Positions 9,127 through 19,845 of a stretch of DNA of 64,000 nt are shown one piece after another. Below the pieces are notes generated by a model. The model saw only the letters and a list, made by a program, of their open reading frames with translations. It did no database searches and was not told the origin of the DNA. Numbering within the stretch: the first letter of the stretch is position 1; the number at the start of each line of letters is the position of its first letter. The position numbers were made by a program, and so were the translations under genes. The DNA comes from a virus (lineage: Duplodnaviria > Caudoviricetes): positions 1,546-65,545 of IMG/VR virus record IMGVR_UViG_2731957839_000001. One strand, given 5' to 3'.

Positions 9127-12100
9127 TCATTTGAGCGCCCCAAACAGCGTTTTGTTTTGGCTCCAGATCGGGATCATCTGGCGCAATTTCTCACCGTCAT
9201 CCTGCGCGCCGAACAGCATGTCCACTTTGCCCGCCACCGGAGAAATCGAGCCCCAGATACTCATGCCCCATTCCTGCTGCTGACGCAGGTTGCTCAAAAA
9301 TTCCAATGGCCCAAGGCCGCCGGCGCGGCTGAAAGTCGCACTCAGGTATTCGAGACTGTCGGCGTATTCCTCACCGGGGCGGCCGTTGAGCCGACGCAGC
9401 CAGTCACGCAGCTCCAGCGACGCAGCGGCCAGCGGCATCACTGCAATGCCGAAGATAATCGCCGGCATGGCGATCGCCACCGCCTGCCCGAACTGCTTGG
9501 GATCGAGGTGCTTCCAACGCTGACGCATTTCGCGATACATACCGCCGAGCACGGTGTCGCCATAGGTATAAAGAAAATGCTTCAGGTGCCAGGCCATCTT
9601 CAGGTAGGGATTGTTGCCCCAGTGGGTTGCCTGAAACTTGCTCGGATTAAGGGTCGCTTCGTTAACGAACTGGTTCAGCGCCTCGCCCATCTTGGCTGCT
9701 ACCGCCTGCTGATCCGGTGCCAATTCCGGACTCCAGGCCGGGCGCCCTGCTGCATCCCACGCCAGCACAGAACCGGCATCGATGTTCAACTGGTTCAGCG
9801 CTGCATTATCGTTGTTCGCTGCCGCATTCAGCAGGTAACGCACGCCGATGCTGGTGGCCAAGGTGCGCGAGGTGCGGACGATGGCTTCGTTGCCGTTGAG
9901 GCGGAAGAACCAGCTCTGCATCTTGCTGATCGTCGAGCTCTGGTACTGCTCACCCGTCATCTGCCACATGACCTGCTCCGACGCTTCGGACAGCACAATG
10001 CCCATGTCGCGGGCCAGTTGCTTGGCCTGCCGGTAGTCACCCACCGCATCGGCGATACCGACCTTTCCGCCGCCGCGAACCAGCGGCAGCGCCAGTTCCG
10101 GGATCGAGGCCACACCGGAGAATGCCAGCACGGTCATGCCGACCCAGCCGGTGATGAACTCTTGGGTGTTGCGCCACCAGCTCGGCATCGACTGCCCTGC
10201 CGGGTGACGACCCAGCGCCCCATTGACCAGCGCCATGACTTCCTGGGCCGCCGGTTCACCATGATCTTTGCGCACCTCATCGAGCAACGCGTGGAACTTG
10301 GTGTTCGGGCCGAACTTGGGCCGCACCTTACCGTCCACCGACTCGAACTCGCCCGCCACCGGGCCGCCGAACACAGACTCCCACGCCGCGCGTTTGCCCA
10401 CCCCGTCGACCCAGTGGAACAAGGCCGCATCGTGCTTTTTCAGCAGCCAGCCACCCTTCATCAACTGATCCAGGCCAACGGCCTCAACCAACTGGCGGGT
10501 CGTCTGGTGCACACCGACCGGCAGCCCCGGCGCGATCACGCCCTCCAGTACACCCGGGCCGTGCAGAATCCGGTCCACCATTTGCCGAACTTCAGTGGGC
10601 TCCAGCTTCAGCTTGTCCGCCAGCAATTGGCTGAACTCCGGCTGGCGATCGCCCACCATCTTGCGGTCGAAGGCCACCGGGGCAAAGTTTTGGCCCAGGT
10701 CTACCGAGCGCAGGCCGCTGCGCTTCGCTTCGGCCACCAGTGCATCGATGACTGTGCGGATCTTCTGGCCACCCGCCGTGGTTGGCCTGCCGGTATAGGC
10801 ATCTTCGAACGCCGCCTGCACCGCCAGATCGCGCTCCGCGCGCGAACCTTTGTGCTCCGAGTGCAGAGCGCCCAACAGGGCGTCGACCTGCGACATCATC
10901 CGGCCTTTAATCGCCCGGCTGCGCTGTTCCCAGCTCTGGCCAAGCACCGAAGGCGCGGCATTCGCTGGTTGGAACAACGCACGCGAAAGGGTCTCGTTGT
11001 AGCGAGCGATGCGGCTGTAGACCATGCTGAACAACGGCGCAGCCTGTGGCAATACCCCTTTCTTCCAGAACGCATTGGCCCGAGTCTTGAGCAATTGCGT
11101 CTGCGCTGTAGCTGCACGCACGTCCTGCGTACCAGAGGCATACCGCACCACATTCCACTGTACCGAGCGGCGCGCTTCCTGGACTGTGCCACCTACCAGC
11201 GGCCCCGGCGATTTCACCGCTTCGTATTGACCTGCGAACAGGCTCTTGGCGAAATTGCGGAACGCGGGATTGGTTTCTGCCGATGTGCCGATCAGCGTGG
11301 TCCAGACTTTTTTCAGGTGCTTGAGCAGCGAAACCAACACCTGATTGATCAGCCCGGCGTCCTCTTTGGTCAAGGTGTCGGCGTTCTCCATCACCGCCTT
11401 GGCAAATTGGTCAGCGAACCACTCGTGCTGCAAGTGCTCGTTCGCATCCACCCCCACATCTGCCTTGATCGCTGCCAACAGCTCATCGTGGTGTTCAGTT
11501 TGCAGATCGTTCCACACCGTGTCCTTCACGACGTGGCCCAGTTCGTGCGCCAGATCAGCCAACTGATGCGCGCGGGCCATCGCCCCCTGACGCTCGGCGA
11601 CCACCAGGTGCGCAACGCCGTCTTGCATGAAGTAGAACGAATCGCCACTGAGTGCACTGTCGCGTACCCGGTGCGCGGCACTGTCGTCCAGGTCCAGACG
11701 GCGGATCTCGCTGTCTACCGTGGCGCCTTTGCCCAGTACCATGACGCGCAGTTCCGGCAGCGGCACACCCACTTTGCGCAGTTGATTGATCAGGTCGCGG
11801 AAACGGGTGTCGGCCACACGATCGGGGGCCTGTTTGGCAGTGAGCACTTTCGGGCGCTCCGTCGGCGACTTGGTCGAGGCCAATGTACCGGGGGCTTTGG
11901 CTTCTGCGATCAAGGCTTCCAGTCGGGCATCCTGCATACGGTCTTCAAGATCACCGATGGCCTCATCGCCGAAGCGCGATAAAGGGCCTTGGTCGTAGAC
12001 ATTGAATTCAGGGTCGATGTCGTTCAGCGACGACGCACCACGCCCGGGAGTGTCCACGCTGTCCGGGTCCTGCTGAATGCCGGCGGTGCGCTGCCCGCCA

Positions 12101-15100
12101 CGCAGGGTATTCTCGATGGCACGCGGGGTGGCCTCATCGCCCAGCTTGGCTGCAACGATCTGCTCATCAGTCGGTGCCTCACGCTTGGCACCGTCCGCCG
12201 CGAGTTGCGCCGATTCTTTGGCCAGTCGGGAACGCTCGCCCAGCAACGCTTTGTACTGGTTGAACGCCTCATCCACGGAGCCCTTGCCCGCTTTCAAGCG
12301 ACCCAGTTGATCCACGGCGGCGCGCAGCGGCGCATTCACCTTGCGATCCGGTTTGCGGTAGTAGACCTGCCGACCCTCGGCCGTCATGTACTTTGCGCCG
12401 GTGAGCATCTGCCGCCACAAGGTGATGGCCTCACGCACCGACGGCAGGTGCATCGAGTCAGCCGCGTGGACTTCGAACTCGCTCGCCGCGTCGGCCAAGT
12501 CATCCGCCAAGGTGTCGATCTCGTTGGACAAGGTATCGAGGCGCTTCTGCACTTCGGCCTGGCGCAGCTTGGCATTGGACTCGGCACGGCGGTCGGCCAG
12601 AGCCTCACCAAAGGTCACCGCCCCGCCCGTCACCGGGTCGACGAAGATCACCAGGTCGTCCGGGATCTTGCGCACCACCGCACGCGGCGTGTCGCCCAGC
12701 GCATCGTGGGAGTTCTGTGCACCGGTCATCAGCCGCGTGATATTTTCCAGCAGGTTGGCGGCCGCTTCCGCCGGGTTGCTCGGTGGACGCTCGCCGCCTT
12801 GGGCAAAATTGGCCAGCCCCACGGCATCGATTACCCGACCGAACATGGTGCCGTCGAACATCGGCAGGGCCAGCAGGTTCTTGCCGGCAAAGCGCTGAGT
12901 GATGGTCTTGGCCAGCGCATTGCCGAATTCCAGCGCCTTCAGTTGCTCAGCCGATGGCAGCACGGCCAGTGTCCAACCGCGCACCGCCAAGGCCGACATA
13001 CGCCCGAAGAACGTCGCATCAGATCCTGCTTGCTCGCCCAGGATCATGCCTTCGTGTTCGTTGACCGCCACGCTGTCACCGCGTCCGGCATCGTGGCCTT
13101 TGGTGGTGGCCGTCAATTGACGCTCACCAGAGCTCTGGTCTTCGTACAGCGTTACCAGTGAAAGGTCATCCAGCGCCGTGGTGCTGGCCATACGCTGCAA
13201 GGTGTCTACCAGCCCACGGATCGCACCGTCAGGGTTGGTGGCCAAGGCCTTCATGGTCGCCTGCAAATTCTCCTGATCGGTCGCCGCGAGATCATTCTGC
13301 CGGGACAGCACAGTCAGCAGCCCACGCGCGGCACGCCCATCGGTGTTTTTCACCAGTTGCTGCATGCCCCGCGCGACATCCAGCGACTGGCCGGCGGCCT
13401 TGGTCATCAGCTCATCAGTCACGCCGGCGGCTTTTGCCACGGCATTAATCAGCGGCCCAGCTTCCATACGCGGGTCCAACTGCACCGCCGCATTGATCAG
13501 GCCGCCCAGTTGCCGCGCCGTGCGCAAGGTACTCGACTCTTGCTCGGACAAAACCGGCACTGCCTCCGGCTCACCGGCCTTGACGATTTTGGCCAGCGCT
13601 TCCATGTACAGTGACACACCCGAAGGCCAGCCATTCTTGGCCTTATCGCTCAGTGGGGTCGCAGCCACCAACTGGAGCAGGCGAGCGTCTTCGGAATCGA
13701 GCACGGACGGATCAAACTCAACGGTGCCGACGGTCTCGTGGGTGCCCTCCTCGTCACTGTCATCCATACGGCTCTTGCCAATACCGTAAGCGGCTTTTTC
13801 TGCCACAGCGTCATGCAACAAGGACAGGAACGATTCGCGGTTTTTGCCACCGACATCGATGTCCATGTTCTTCAGCGTCTGCTCCAGCAGAACGCGCTCG
13901 CCGTTTGGTTGTTTCTCGATGGCGCTCTCGATGTGATCCCGGTTGCCGACCTCGCCCTCGGGGGTGGCAATCAACCGGCGCAGCAACGGTGTGTTGAACA
14001 CGGCATCACGAATCACATCAGGCTGCGCTTTCTGTGCAGCAGCTGGTGGTGCGGAATCCAGATCCACCGCCGGGGTGGGAAGCGCTGTCGGGGTAGAGCT
14101 GCGGGTCTTAATCGCCTCGCGCAAAGCACCCAAGGCCACGCCGCCCTCGTGCTTCAGCTCGAAGGCGCGCTGGATCTTCTGCGCCTCAGTTGCTGGCAAC
14201 TGATCCACGGCTTTGGCAAACGCCGCCGGGCTGCCAAACTTGTCGGTCACCAGCTCGTTGAAGCGATCGTGCAGCAGGTCGCGGCCACGGATCACACTGC
14301 GCGAGTCATAGTATTCACGGGTCAGTTCCGCCGGCGGGACATCCAGCAGCTCGGCCAGCGGTTCCAGCGAATCGAGCCGGCGCTGTTTGTTGCCGGGTAC
14401 CGATGCTTTCAACCCGCCTTTGGCACGGTCGAGCACTGCCTCGCCCAAACCGGTTTTGACGTAGTGCTTGAGGTCGATGCCGAGCTCTGCCGCTTGGGCC
14501 AGATCCTCGCTCATGTCGCGCGGTGCCGCTTTGGCTTTCGCGGCCTGCTCGATCTTGCCCTCTTCGGTCCGACGCGCGATCACCTGCTCCGGAGTGGTTT
14601 CAACGATGCTGGCTTCGGGAAACTGCTGTTTGTAGCGCTCAGCAACCTGGGCGGCCATGGATTTGCCGACCAATTGCTCACCGACCACCGCGCCATCGGC
14701 GGTATGGGCCTGGACGACCACTGCCCCAGCTGGGTCGGCCATCGCCTCTGCCTTGGTCTGGGCAAACCCCAGCAGGCGCTGGTTGTCGGCTTCAGTCGGT
14801 GCCACCGGCGCAGCATCGAGCTCAGCCTGGGTATTGGCGACCTGTACATGCCCGCCATCGATGACCCGGGCCACTTTGCCCGCTTTCTGTGCCACCTGCA
14901 TTGCGGCGTCGGCGTTCTCCGCCGTGAAGTGGCGCAGCTGGCCCTCGGGAATCTGCTGGATCTGCGCATGCAGGTCTTTCAGCGGCTCGGCGGCCGTAGC
15001 AGTCACATTGTCATTCGCCTGGCCGGTGTAATCCGCCGCCGATGCTACACCTCCCACGGTGCTCACGGCGCCTTTGACACCCGCACCCGCCACCGCACCT

Positions 15101-16431
15101 TTGAGGCCCGCGTCGATGATGTTGGTCTCGCTGATTTCGTAATCCGGCTTGTGGTGCTGCTTGGCCATTTCATCCATGAGGGTCTGGGCCATTTCGGTGG
15201 TGCCTTCGGTGGCAGCACCTTCAGCCACTGCCTTGCCCACCCCGGCCAAGGTCGGGAGTAAGCCAGCAGCGGCTTTGCCAGTCGCGGCCTTGGTCACACC
15301 ACTCAGCAGGGAGTGCAAACCGGCGTATTCCAGCGCCGACTTGCCCGCACCGACCAAAAACGCGGTCTCCGGCGCATCGATGCCCTGTGACTGCAATTCC
15401 ATCTGAGTCTCACCGGTGGACTGCGCGTAGATGCTGCCCAGTGCCCCCAGTTTGGCCGCGTCTGCAAAGCCGAAGTTGGTAGCAGCGCCCGCCATGCCGC
15501 GCGCGGCCATCTGCCGGGCCTGCCCAACGGCCAACGAGCCGCCCATGTTGCGCATGGCTGCCTTGCCAATGCCTGCCAGGACTTCTTTGCCGAGCAGCGC
15601 CACACCGCCGGTGCCCAGTGCGGTCACACCGTCGATCGCCAATTGCGGAGCGAACTCACCCAGCGCCTCGATGGCGTACAGGCCTGCGTCTGCCAAGCCA
15701 TGCACGTCTTCGTAGGTACCTACGGTGGCTGGGTTGCGCATCGCTTCCACGAGGTTGCTGGCAATCCCCTCCTCGCCATACTTGGCTACTGCATCGATGC
15801 CGGTCAGCTCGCCGAACGCGTTGATGAAGCCGAAGAAGGTTGCCTGCGTGTTGTCGGTGCCACGGCCAACCGCCCGACCAACGAGTTCGTGATCGAGTAC
15901 CTGGTCGCCGAAGCCCCGTTCGTTTTTGTCGCCCCGCGGGTCACGGATGGCCTTCAGGGCATCGATTCGCGAACCCAGCGTGCCGTTGCGCAGGCCATCG
16001 TTCAGCCGTTCCAGTCGCTGAAAACGGGCATCGTCGGCGGCCTGGAGGAACTCGGGATGGTTGGACAAGGCAGTGCCTTGGTTCCCGGTCAGTGCTCGCG
16101 CGCCGGCCAGATACTCCGCCTGCCCGGTGCCGCCGGCAATCTTCGAGGACATGCCGGATGCCAGCCCTGCCCCCAACAGCTCGGCTTCGAACGAAGGGCC
16201 GGTGCCCTTTGGATCACGCATCGGCTGGATCTGCCGGCCGTAGGTTTCGCGGGGGTCTGCCTCGCCGAGCTTGTAGCCTTCCGCGCTCGCCAACTCGGTC
16301 GCGTCCAAGGCCTGCGACCAACCCGGCTGGTTGGCTTTCTTCTCAGGGGCATCCGCGCCGTACAGACGATGGCCGACGCCATGCTCGTCATAGAAGGTAT
16401 CCGCGTCGTACCACTCATTTCTGTTAGGCAT
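9127..16431 (-). CDS. Giant internal virion / DNA-ejection (polyvalent-type) protein with zincin motif
   Basis: 2434 aa; last of the ejection-protein run; Ala/Gly-rich N-region (EGAATEGTTE); AHELGH...HEWFAD motif; hydrophobic C-terminus. Confidence 0.7.
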   Translation of the reverse strand: MPNRNEWYDADTFYDEHGVGHRLYGADAPEKKANQPGWSQALDATELASAEGYKLGEADPRETYGRQIQPMRDPKGTGPSFEAELLGAGLASGMSSKIAGGTGQAEYLAGARALTGNQGTALSNHPEFLQAADDARFQRLERLNDGLRNGTLGSRIDALKAIRDPRGDKNERGFGDQVLDHELVGRAVGRGTDNTQATFFGFINAFGELTGIDAVAKYGEEGIASNLVEAMRNPATVGTYEDVHGLADAGLYAIEALGEFAPQLAIDGVTALGTGGVALLGKEVLAGIGKAAMRNMGGSLAVGQARQMAARGMAGAATNFGFADAAKLGALGSIYAQSTGETQMELQSQGIDAPETAFLVGAGKSALEYAGLHSLLSGVTKAATGKAAAGLLPTLAGVGKAVAEGAATEGTTEMAQTLMDEMAKQHHKPDYEISETNIIDAGLKGAVAGAGVKGAVSTVGGVASAADYTGQANDNVTATAAEPLKDLHAQIQQIPEGQLRHFTAENADAAMQVAQKAGKVARVIDGGHVQVANTQAELDAAPVAPTEADNQRLLGFAQTKAEAMADPAGAVVVQAHTADGAVVGEQLVGKSMAAQVAERYKQQFPEASIVETTPEQVIARRTEEGKIEQAAKAKAAPRDMSEDLAQAAELGIDLKHYVKTGLGEAVLDRAKGGLKASVPGNKQRRLDSLEPLAELLDVPPAELTREYYDSRSVIRGRDLLHDRFNELVTDKFGSPAAFAKAVDQLPATEAQKIQRAFELKHEGGVALGALREAIKTRSSTPTALPTPAVDLDSAPPAAAQKAQPDVIRDAVFNTPLLRRLIATPEGEVGNRDHIESAIEKQPNGERVLLEQTLKNMDIDVGGKNRESFLSLLHDAVAEKAAYGIGKSRMDDSDEEGTHETVGTVEFDPSVLDSEDARLLQLVAATPLSDKAKNGWPSGVSLYMEALAKIVKAGEPEAVPVLSEQESSTLRTARQLGGLINAAVQLDPRMEAGPLINAVAKAAGVTDELMTKAAGQSLDVARGMQQLVKNTDGRAARGLLTVLSRQNDLAATDQENLQATMKALATNPDGAIRGLVDTLQRMASTTALDDLSLVTLYEDQSSGERQLTATTKGHDAGRGDSVAVNEHEGMILGEQAGSDATFFGRMSALAVRGWTLAVLPSAEQLKALEFGNALAKTITQRFAGKNLLALPMFDGTMFGRVIDAVGLANFAQGGERPPSNPAEAAANLLENITRLMTGAQNSHDALGDTPRAVVRKIPDDLVIFVDPVTGGAVTFGEALADRRAESNAKLRQAEVQKRLDTLSNEIDTLADDLADAASEFEVHAADSMHLPSVREAITLWRQMLTGAKYMTAEGRQVYYRKPDRKVNAPLRAAVDQLGRLKAGKGSVDEAFNQYKALLGERSRLAKESAQLAADGAKREAPTDEQIVAAKLGDEATPRAIENTLRGGQRTAGIQQDPDSVDTPGRGASSLNDIDPEFNVYDQGPLSRFGDEAIGDLEDRMQDARLEALIAEAKAPGTLASTKSPTERPKVLTAKQAPDRVADTRFRDLINQLRKVGVPLPELRVMVLGKGATVDSEIRRLDLDDSAAHRVRDSALSGDSFYFMQDGVAHLVVAERQGAMARAHQLADLAHELGHVVKDTVWNDLQTEHHDELLAAIKADVGVDANEHLQHEWFADQFAKAVMENADTLTKEDAGLINQVLVSLLKHLKKVWTTLIGTSAETNPAFRNFAKSLFAGQYEAVKSPGPLVGGTVQEARRSVQWNVVRYASGTQDVRAATAQTQLLKTRANAFWKKGVLPQAAPLFSMVYSRIARYNETLSRALFQPANAAPSVLGQSWEQRSRAIKGRMMSQVDALLGALHSEHKGSRAERDLAVQAAFEDAYTGRPTTAGGQKIRTVIDALVAEAKRSGLRSVDLGQNFAPVAFDRKMVGDRQPEFSQLLADKLKLEPTEVRQMVDRILHGPGVLEGVIAPGLPVGVHQTTRQLVEAVGLDQLMKGGWLLKKHDAALFHWVDGVGKRAAWESVFGGPVAGEFESVDGKVRPKFGPNTKFHALLDEVRKDHGEPAAQEVMALVNGALGRHPAGQSMPSWWRNTQEFITGWVGMTVLAFSGVASIPELALPLVRGGGKVGIADAVGDYRQAKQLARDMGIVLSEASEQVMWQMTGEQYQSSTISKMQSWFFRLNGNEAIVRTSRTLATSIGVRYLLNAAANNDNAALNQLNIDAGSVLAWDAAGRPAWSPELAPDQQAVAAKMGEALNQFVNEATLNPSKFQATHWGNNPYLKMAWHLKHFLYTYGDTVLGGMYREMRQRWKHLDPKQFGQAVAIAMPAIIFGIAVMPLAAASLELRDWLRRLNGRPGEEYADSLEYLSATFSRAGGLGPLEFLSNLRQQQEWGMSIWGSISPVAGKVDMLFGAQDDGEKLRQMIPIWSQNKTLFGALK

Positions 16432-16480
16432 GAAAAAACCCCGTGTTAGATGCTGGTCAGTATATCACCGGCACACGGGG

Positions 16481-16501
16481 TTTAATCGCATTGCGTTTAC
16501 C
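16481..16501. promoter_or_regulatory. Palindromic operator-like site 3 (upstream of giant protein)
   Basis: TTTAATCGCATTGCGTTTACC; followed on the minus strand by extended -10 TGATATACT. Confidence 0.75.
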
Positions 16502-18218
16502 TTGGCATAGTACGCCCCAGCGACATGGCCGAGCTTTCGCCAAGCTCGCGTTGCTGCACTGCGTTGATAGCCCACTGGTGCCGCTGATCGTCCGTCATCA
16601 CCTGCCCGTTGGCCCCGCTGCTCATCGCCGGGTCATTGACCAGCTTGGAGTACAGCTCCAGGTCGTCGATCTTCGAGGCGGCATCGGCGAAACGTGCCAG
16701 CCCGGTGGACTGCCCGTTATTAGCCATGGTCTGCAAGGTCGACATCAACGCCGCCTGCGCTCGCGGATCGCTGGCCACCCGAGCCTTGATCTCCGGCGGC
16801 AGGTTACGCAACTGGGCCGTCAAATGGGCCTTGGTGACCGGCATGTCCGTCTTGCCGGTCTTGGAATTCTTGATCTTCGGCAGCTCAACAACGCCGGTTG
16901 CGTCTTTCTCGAATGCGTCCCACGCCTTTTGGCTGGCCTCCTGGGCTTTCACCTGCGCGGCCGGCGCACCAGCCGCGTTGCTCAGGTACTGCGCACCGGA
17001 CTGGGTACTACGCGACCGCTCGATCGCATCGGCTTGCGCGCCGAACATGGCGTTGCCGCGTGCCTGATAGCCCGGTTTGACCGACGCTGTGGCACGCATC
17101 TTCTCGTGTAGGCCGCCGGGACCGTCCAGCCCTTGGCTCAGGGATTTGATCTCCTTATCCAACCGCTGTGCTTCTTTCTGATCCGCCAACGAAACCCCGC
17201 CTTGGGCACCGCCGAGGCTGGCATTGGGCGTCGTCAGCCAGTCGCCAAATGACTGCTCTTTGGGTGCTTGGGTATCGAGCCCGGCGGTCAATGCTTCGCG
17301 TTGGGTTTTCAGTTCGGTGAGACGGGCTTCGGATTTGCTCAGCTCATTGCTGAGCGCCGCAACGTCCGCATCGGTGCCTTTGGCGGCACGAACACCGCTG
17401 TCGACATAGCCGCGGGTGTCGGTGGCCGCCTTTTCGGTCTGCGTTTTGGCCAGGAAATCAGCCTGGCGTTCGGAGATCAGGTGTGGATTCAACAGGGCCA
17501 AGGCCGCGTTGTCGAAGCTGATAGCCGTGACATCGGTGTCTTTCGCCGAGCCGTTCGCCGTCGCCGGTGCACCGCCAGCTTTGATCGGCTGGCCTTCCAT
17601 GTCATGGCCGTCAACCAACGGAACAAGGCCCTTCGGCGTGGCTACCGCACGCACGTCGGTGTAGTTGCCTTTGCCGTACCGCTCAGGCGCCAGATAGGCC
17701 AGCAACTTACCGGCATCCTTGTCCAGCCCAGAGTCGCGCAGACGCTGGTTGATCTCCTCGGGAGTGCCCCGCAGTTGCCCATCTGGACTGTACATGGCAG
17801 TCATGACTGCTTGCTGGGTACGCTGCATCTGTGCGGCCAACTTCGAGTCTTTGTAGGTTTCTTCAGAAATATTGATCCGGCGAGTGTCGTTGGCTACCGA
17901 TGCCGCCTGATTGGCGAGCGCGCCACGCTGGTAGCGATCCCGTGAGGCCAGTTCATTTTTAGCCTGCGTCGAATTGACATCGAACTGACGTTGGTTCTCC
18001 CCCAGCGTTGCGTTGTACTGGCGTTTTTCCTCACCAAATTTGTCTTGGTTAAACGAGTACATGCTGTCCCACTGGCTGTCTGCCTTGGCGTCACGCTCGC
18101 GCTGGTAATCTTCCTGCCGGCGGGCACGCTTCTCGCCCTCCACGGTTTTGTAGAGGTCGAGCCCCGACTGAACACCTTGGTTCAGCCCGGCGAGCAACCC
18201 ACTTAACGAATCAGACAT
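16497..18218 (-). CDS. Internal virion/ejection protein
   Basis: 573 aa, GLLAGLNQG N-terminus and charged coiled segments; module position. Confidence 0.6.
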   Translation of the reverse strand: MSDSLSGLLAGLNQGVQSGLDLYKTVEGEKRARRQEDYQRERDAKADSQWDSMYSFNQDKFGEEKRQYNATLGENQRQFDVNSTQAKNELASRDRYQRGALANQAASVANDTRRINISEETYKDSKLAAQMQRTQQAVMTAMYSPDGQLRGTPEEINQRLRDSGLDKDAGKLLAYLAPERYGKGNYTDVRAVATPKGLVPLVDGHDMEGQPIKAGGAPATANGSAKDTDVTAISFDNAALALLNPHLISERQADFLAKTQTEKAATDTRGYVDSGVRAAKGTDADVAALSNELSKSEARLTELKTQREALTAGLDTQAPKEQSFGDWLTTPNASLGGAQGGVSLADQKEAQRLDKEIKSLSQGLDGPGGLHEKMRATASVKPGYQARGNAMFGAQADAIERSRSTQSGAQYLSNAAGAPAAQVKAQEASQKAWDAFEKDATGVVELPKIKNSKTGKTDMPVTKAHLTAQLRNLPPEIKARVASDPRAQAALMSTLQTMANNGQSTGLARFADAASKIDDLELYSKLVNDPAMSSGANGQVMTDDQRHQWAINAVQQRELGESSAMSLGRTMPR

Positions 18219-18231
18219 GTCGTACCCCTAA

Positions 18232-18765
18232 TCACATCATCATGGCGGCAATTGCCGCCGTGGCAGCCAGGGACGCGCCCGCCTGCATGTTGTTGTTCTT
18301 CGTCGTGGCCTTCTGCTGCGTGTACACGCTCTGGTTCGCCGTATCCGCGCTGGTTCGCGCACTTTCCAGTCCGGAAGCCGAACTGTAGGTGCCCAGTGCC
18401 TGCTTGCGGATCGTGCCACCGACGTTCATCAAACCCGCCAAGGTCTGGGTACGGTTGTCCCGGTCCGTCACGATGGCGTTGTTGCCCGCCGACAGCTGAG
18501 ACAGCGAGCCCGACAACGCATTCTGGCGAGCTTCGCCTGCCGCCTGATCAGGTGTGGTCGTGGTGCCATAGCGCTCGCGCATTCGTGACAACGAAGCTCG
18601 TGCGGACACCGCATCCGTCCCCGCGCGATCCATGGCCTGGCCAACGGTCGAATCACTCAGCGAGGCAATCGTGGTCTGTTCCAACGGGCGAAACTGCTGG
18701 AGGTAGCGGTCGAACTCCTCTTTGGAGATCGTCGCCAGCTCGTCGGCAAGGGGTGTGGTACTCAT
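18232..18765 (-). CDS. Small internal virion/ejection protein
   Basis: Ala/Ser/Gln-rich with hydrophobic C-terminal tail. Confidence 0.55.
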   Translation of the reverse strand: MSTTPLADELATISKEEFDRYLQQFRPLEQTTIASLSDSTVGQAMDRAGTDAVSARASLSRMRERYGTTTTPDQAAGEARQNALSGSLSQLSAGNNAIVTDRDNRTQTLAGLMNVGGTIRKQALGTYSSASGLESARTSADTANQSVYTQQKATTKNNNMQAGASLAATAAIAAMMM

Positions 18766-18775
18766 GGGCTACTCC

Positions 18776-19432
18776 TTACCGAAACATGGGTTGGACGCGG
18801 CTGGCCAGGAACCGCTGCGTGTTGTTCAAGCTGGCCGGAGACTGCTGCGTGTTGCCAGCAGGCGACTGCTGTGGAGTAGTGGTCACCGGAGTTGCGCCGC
18901 CTTTCGACATCCCGTAATACGTCAGTCCTGCTCCCGCCAAGGTGCCCGCAGCACCGGCATACGCCGCCTGATTGCTCAACTCGGCCTCTTGCTTCGTCAT
19001 CTGCGTGCGGACGGTGTCAATCGCTGCACTGGTTTGGCTGCGCGCGGCGGTGGACAAGCTGGTGCCCGCATCCGCGGTGACCCCAAGACCCACACCAAGC
19101 GCACTCAGGCGTCCGTCATCGCGGGTGCGCACCGCTTTGGCCGTTGCATCGTTGCGCGCCGAAGCCACCGCGCCGCCAATCGCGGCCGTGTCCACCGGGG
19201 CAGAACTCAGGGCCATACGCTGGAGGCCTGGAGTGGCTTCACGCATACCGGCACTGCCCGCCTGCGCGGACAGTCGGGACGAATAATCACGGCCTGCTTC
19301 GTCGGCAAACTGGCCTTCAAGCGGCGCGTACGTCGAGCGGTAGTAGTTGATCTGGTCCTTGGCCAACGCCGTCTGGATTTTTTCCCCTTCAGACACCTCA
19401 ACGGCATCGGGTTTATCGGGTTCGCTGCTCAT
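18776..19432 (-). CDS. Small internal virion/ejection protein
   Basis: Ala-rich with GAAGTLAGAGL hydrophobic segment. Confidence 0.55.
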   Translation of the reverse strand: MSSEPDKPDAVEVSEGEKIQTALAKDQINYYRSTYAPLEGQFADEAGRDYSSRLSAQAGSAGMREATPGLQRMALSSAPVDTAAIGGAVASARNDATAKAVRTRDDGRLSALGVGLGVTADAGTSLSTAARSQTSAAIDTVRTQMTKQEAELSNQAAYAGAAGTLAGAGLTYYGMSKGGATPVTTTPQQSPAGNTQQSPASLNNTQRFLASRVQPMFR

Positions 19433-19845
19433 GACCGGACCTCTTTGGTGAACTTGAACTCGGCTAATTCATAGCCGAGCATGGGGGCCAGTCGGAGCCA
19501 GCCACGGCGTTGGGTGCCGAAGGTCAGGCGGGTACAGCCCCGCTCGCCAGCTTGCAGTTCGCACTCGGCCAGCCCACGCTGCAAGGTGTCGCGGGCAGCT
19601 CCGGGGCGCACATAGGCATGCCATACGTGCAGGGCATCACCGTTGACTTTGGTGGTGAACAGTCCCACCAGTTGCTGGTCCTCGACCATGACCGTCATCT
19701 GGGCATCGCCGCGCATCAAGGTGCCGTAAATATCCGGGGCGAAGTGCAAACGACCCTCGCGGGCCGTCAGTCGTTCGCAGGCTTCTTCCAGGAGCCAGTA
19801 ATGCTCACGCAGCGCCTCGGCGCTGGTGACTTTTGCCACCTCCAT
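19429..19845 (-). CDS. GNAT-fold-like virion assembly protein
   Basis: Start MEVAKV at TGATG overlap; LHVWHAY...GCTRLTFGTQRRGW...LGY; usual position before ejection proteins. Confidence 0.55.
   Translation of the reverse strand: MEVAKVTSAEALREHYWLLEEACERLTAREGRLHFAPDIYGTLMRGDAQMTVMVEDQQLVGLFTTKVNGDALHVWHAYVRPGAARDTLQRGLAECELQAGERGCTRLTFGTQRRGWLRLAPMLGYELAEFKFTKEVRS

Noticed and set aside
9157-15261. Very long plus-strand ORFs (941, 390, 507 aa) opposite the giant gene
   Set aside because: Antisense shadows of a GC-rich gene; no motifs or RBS
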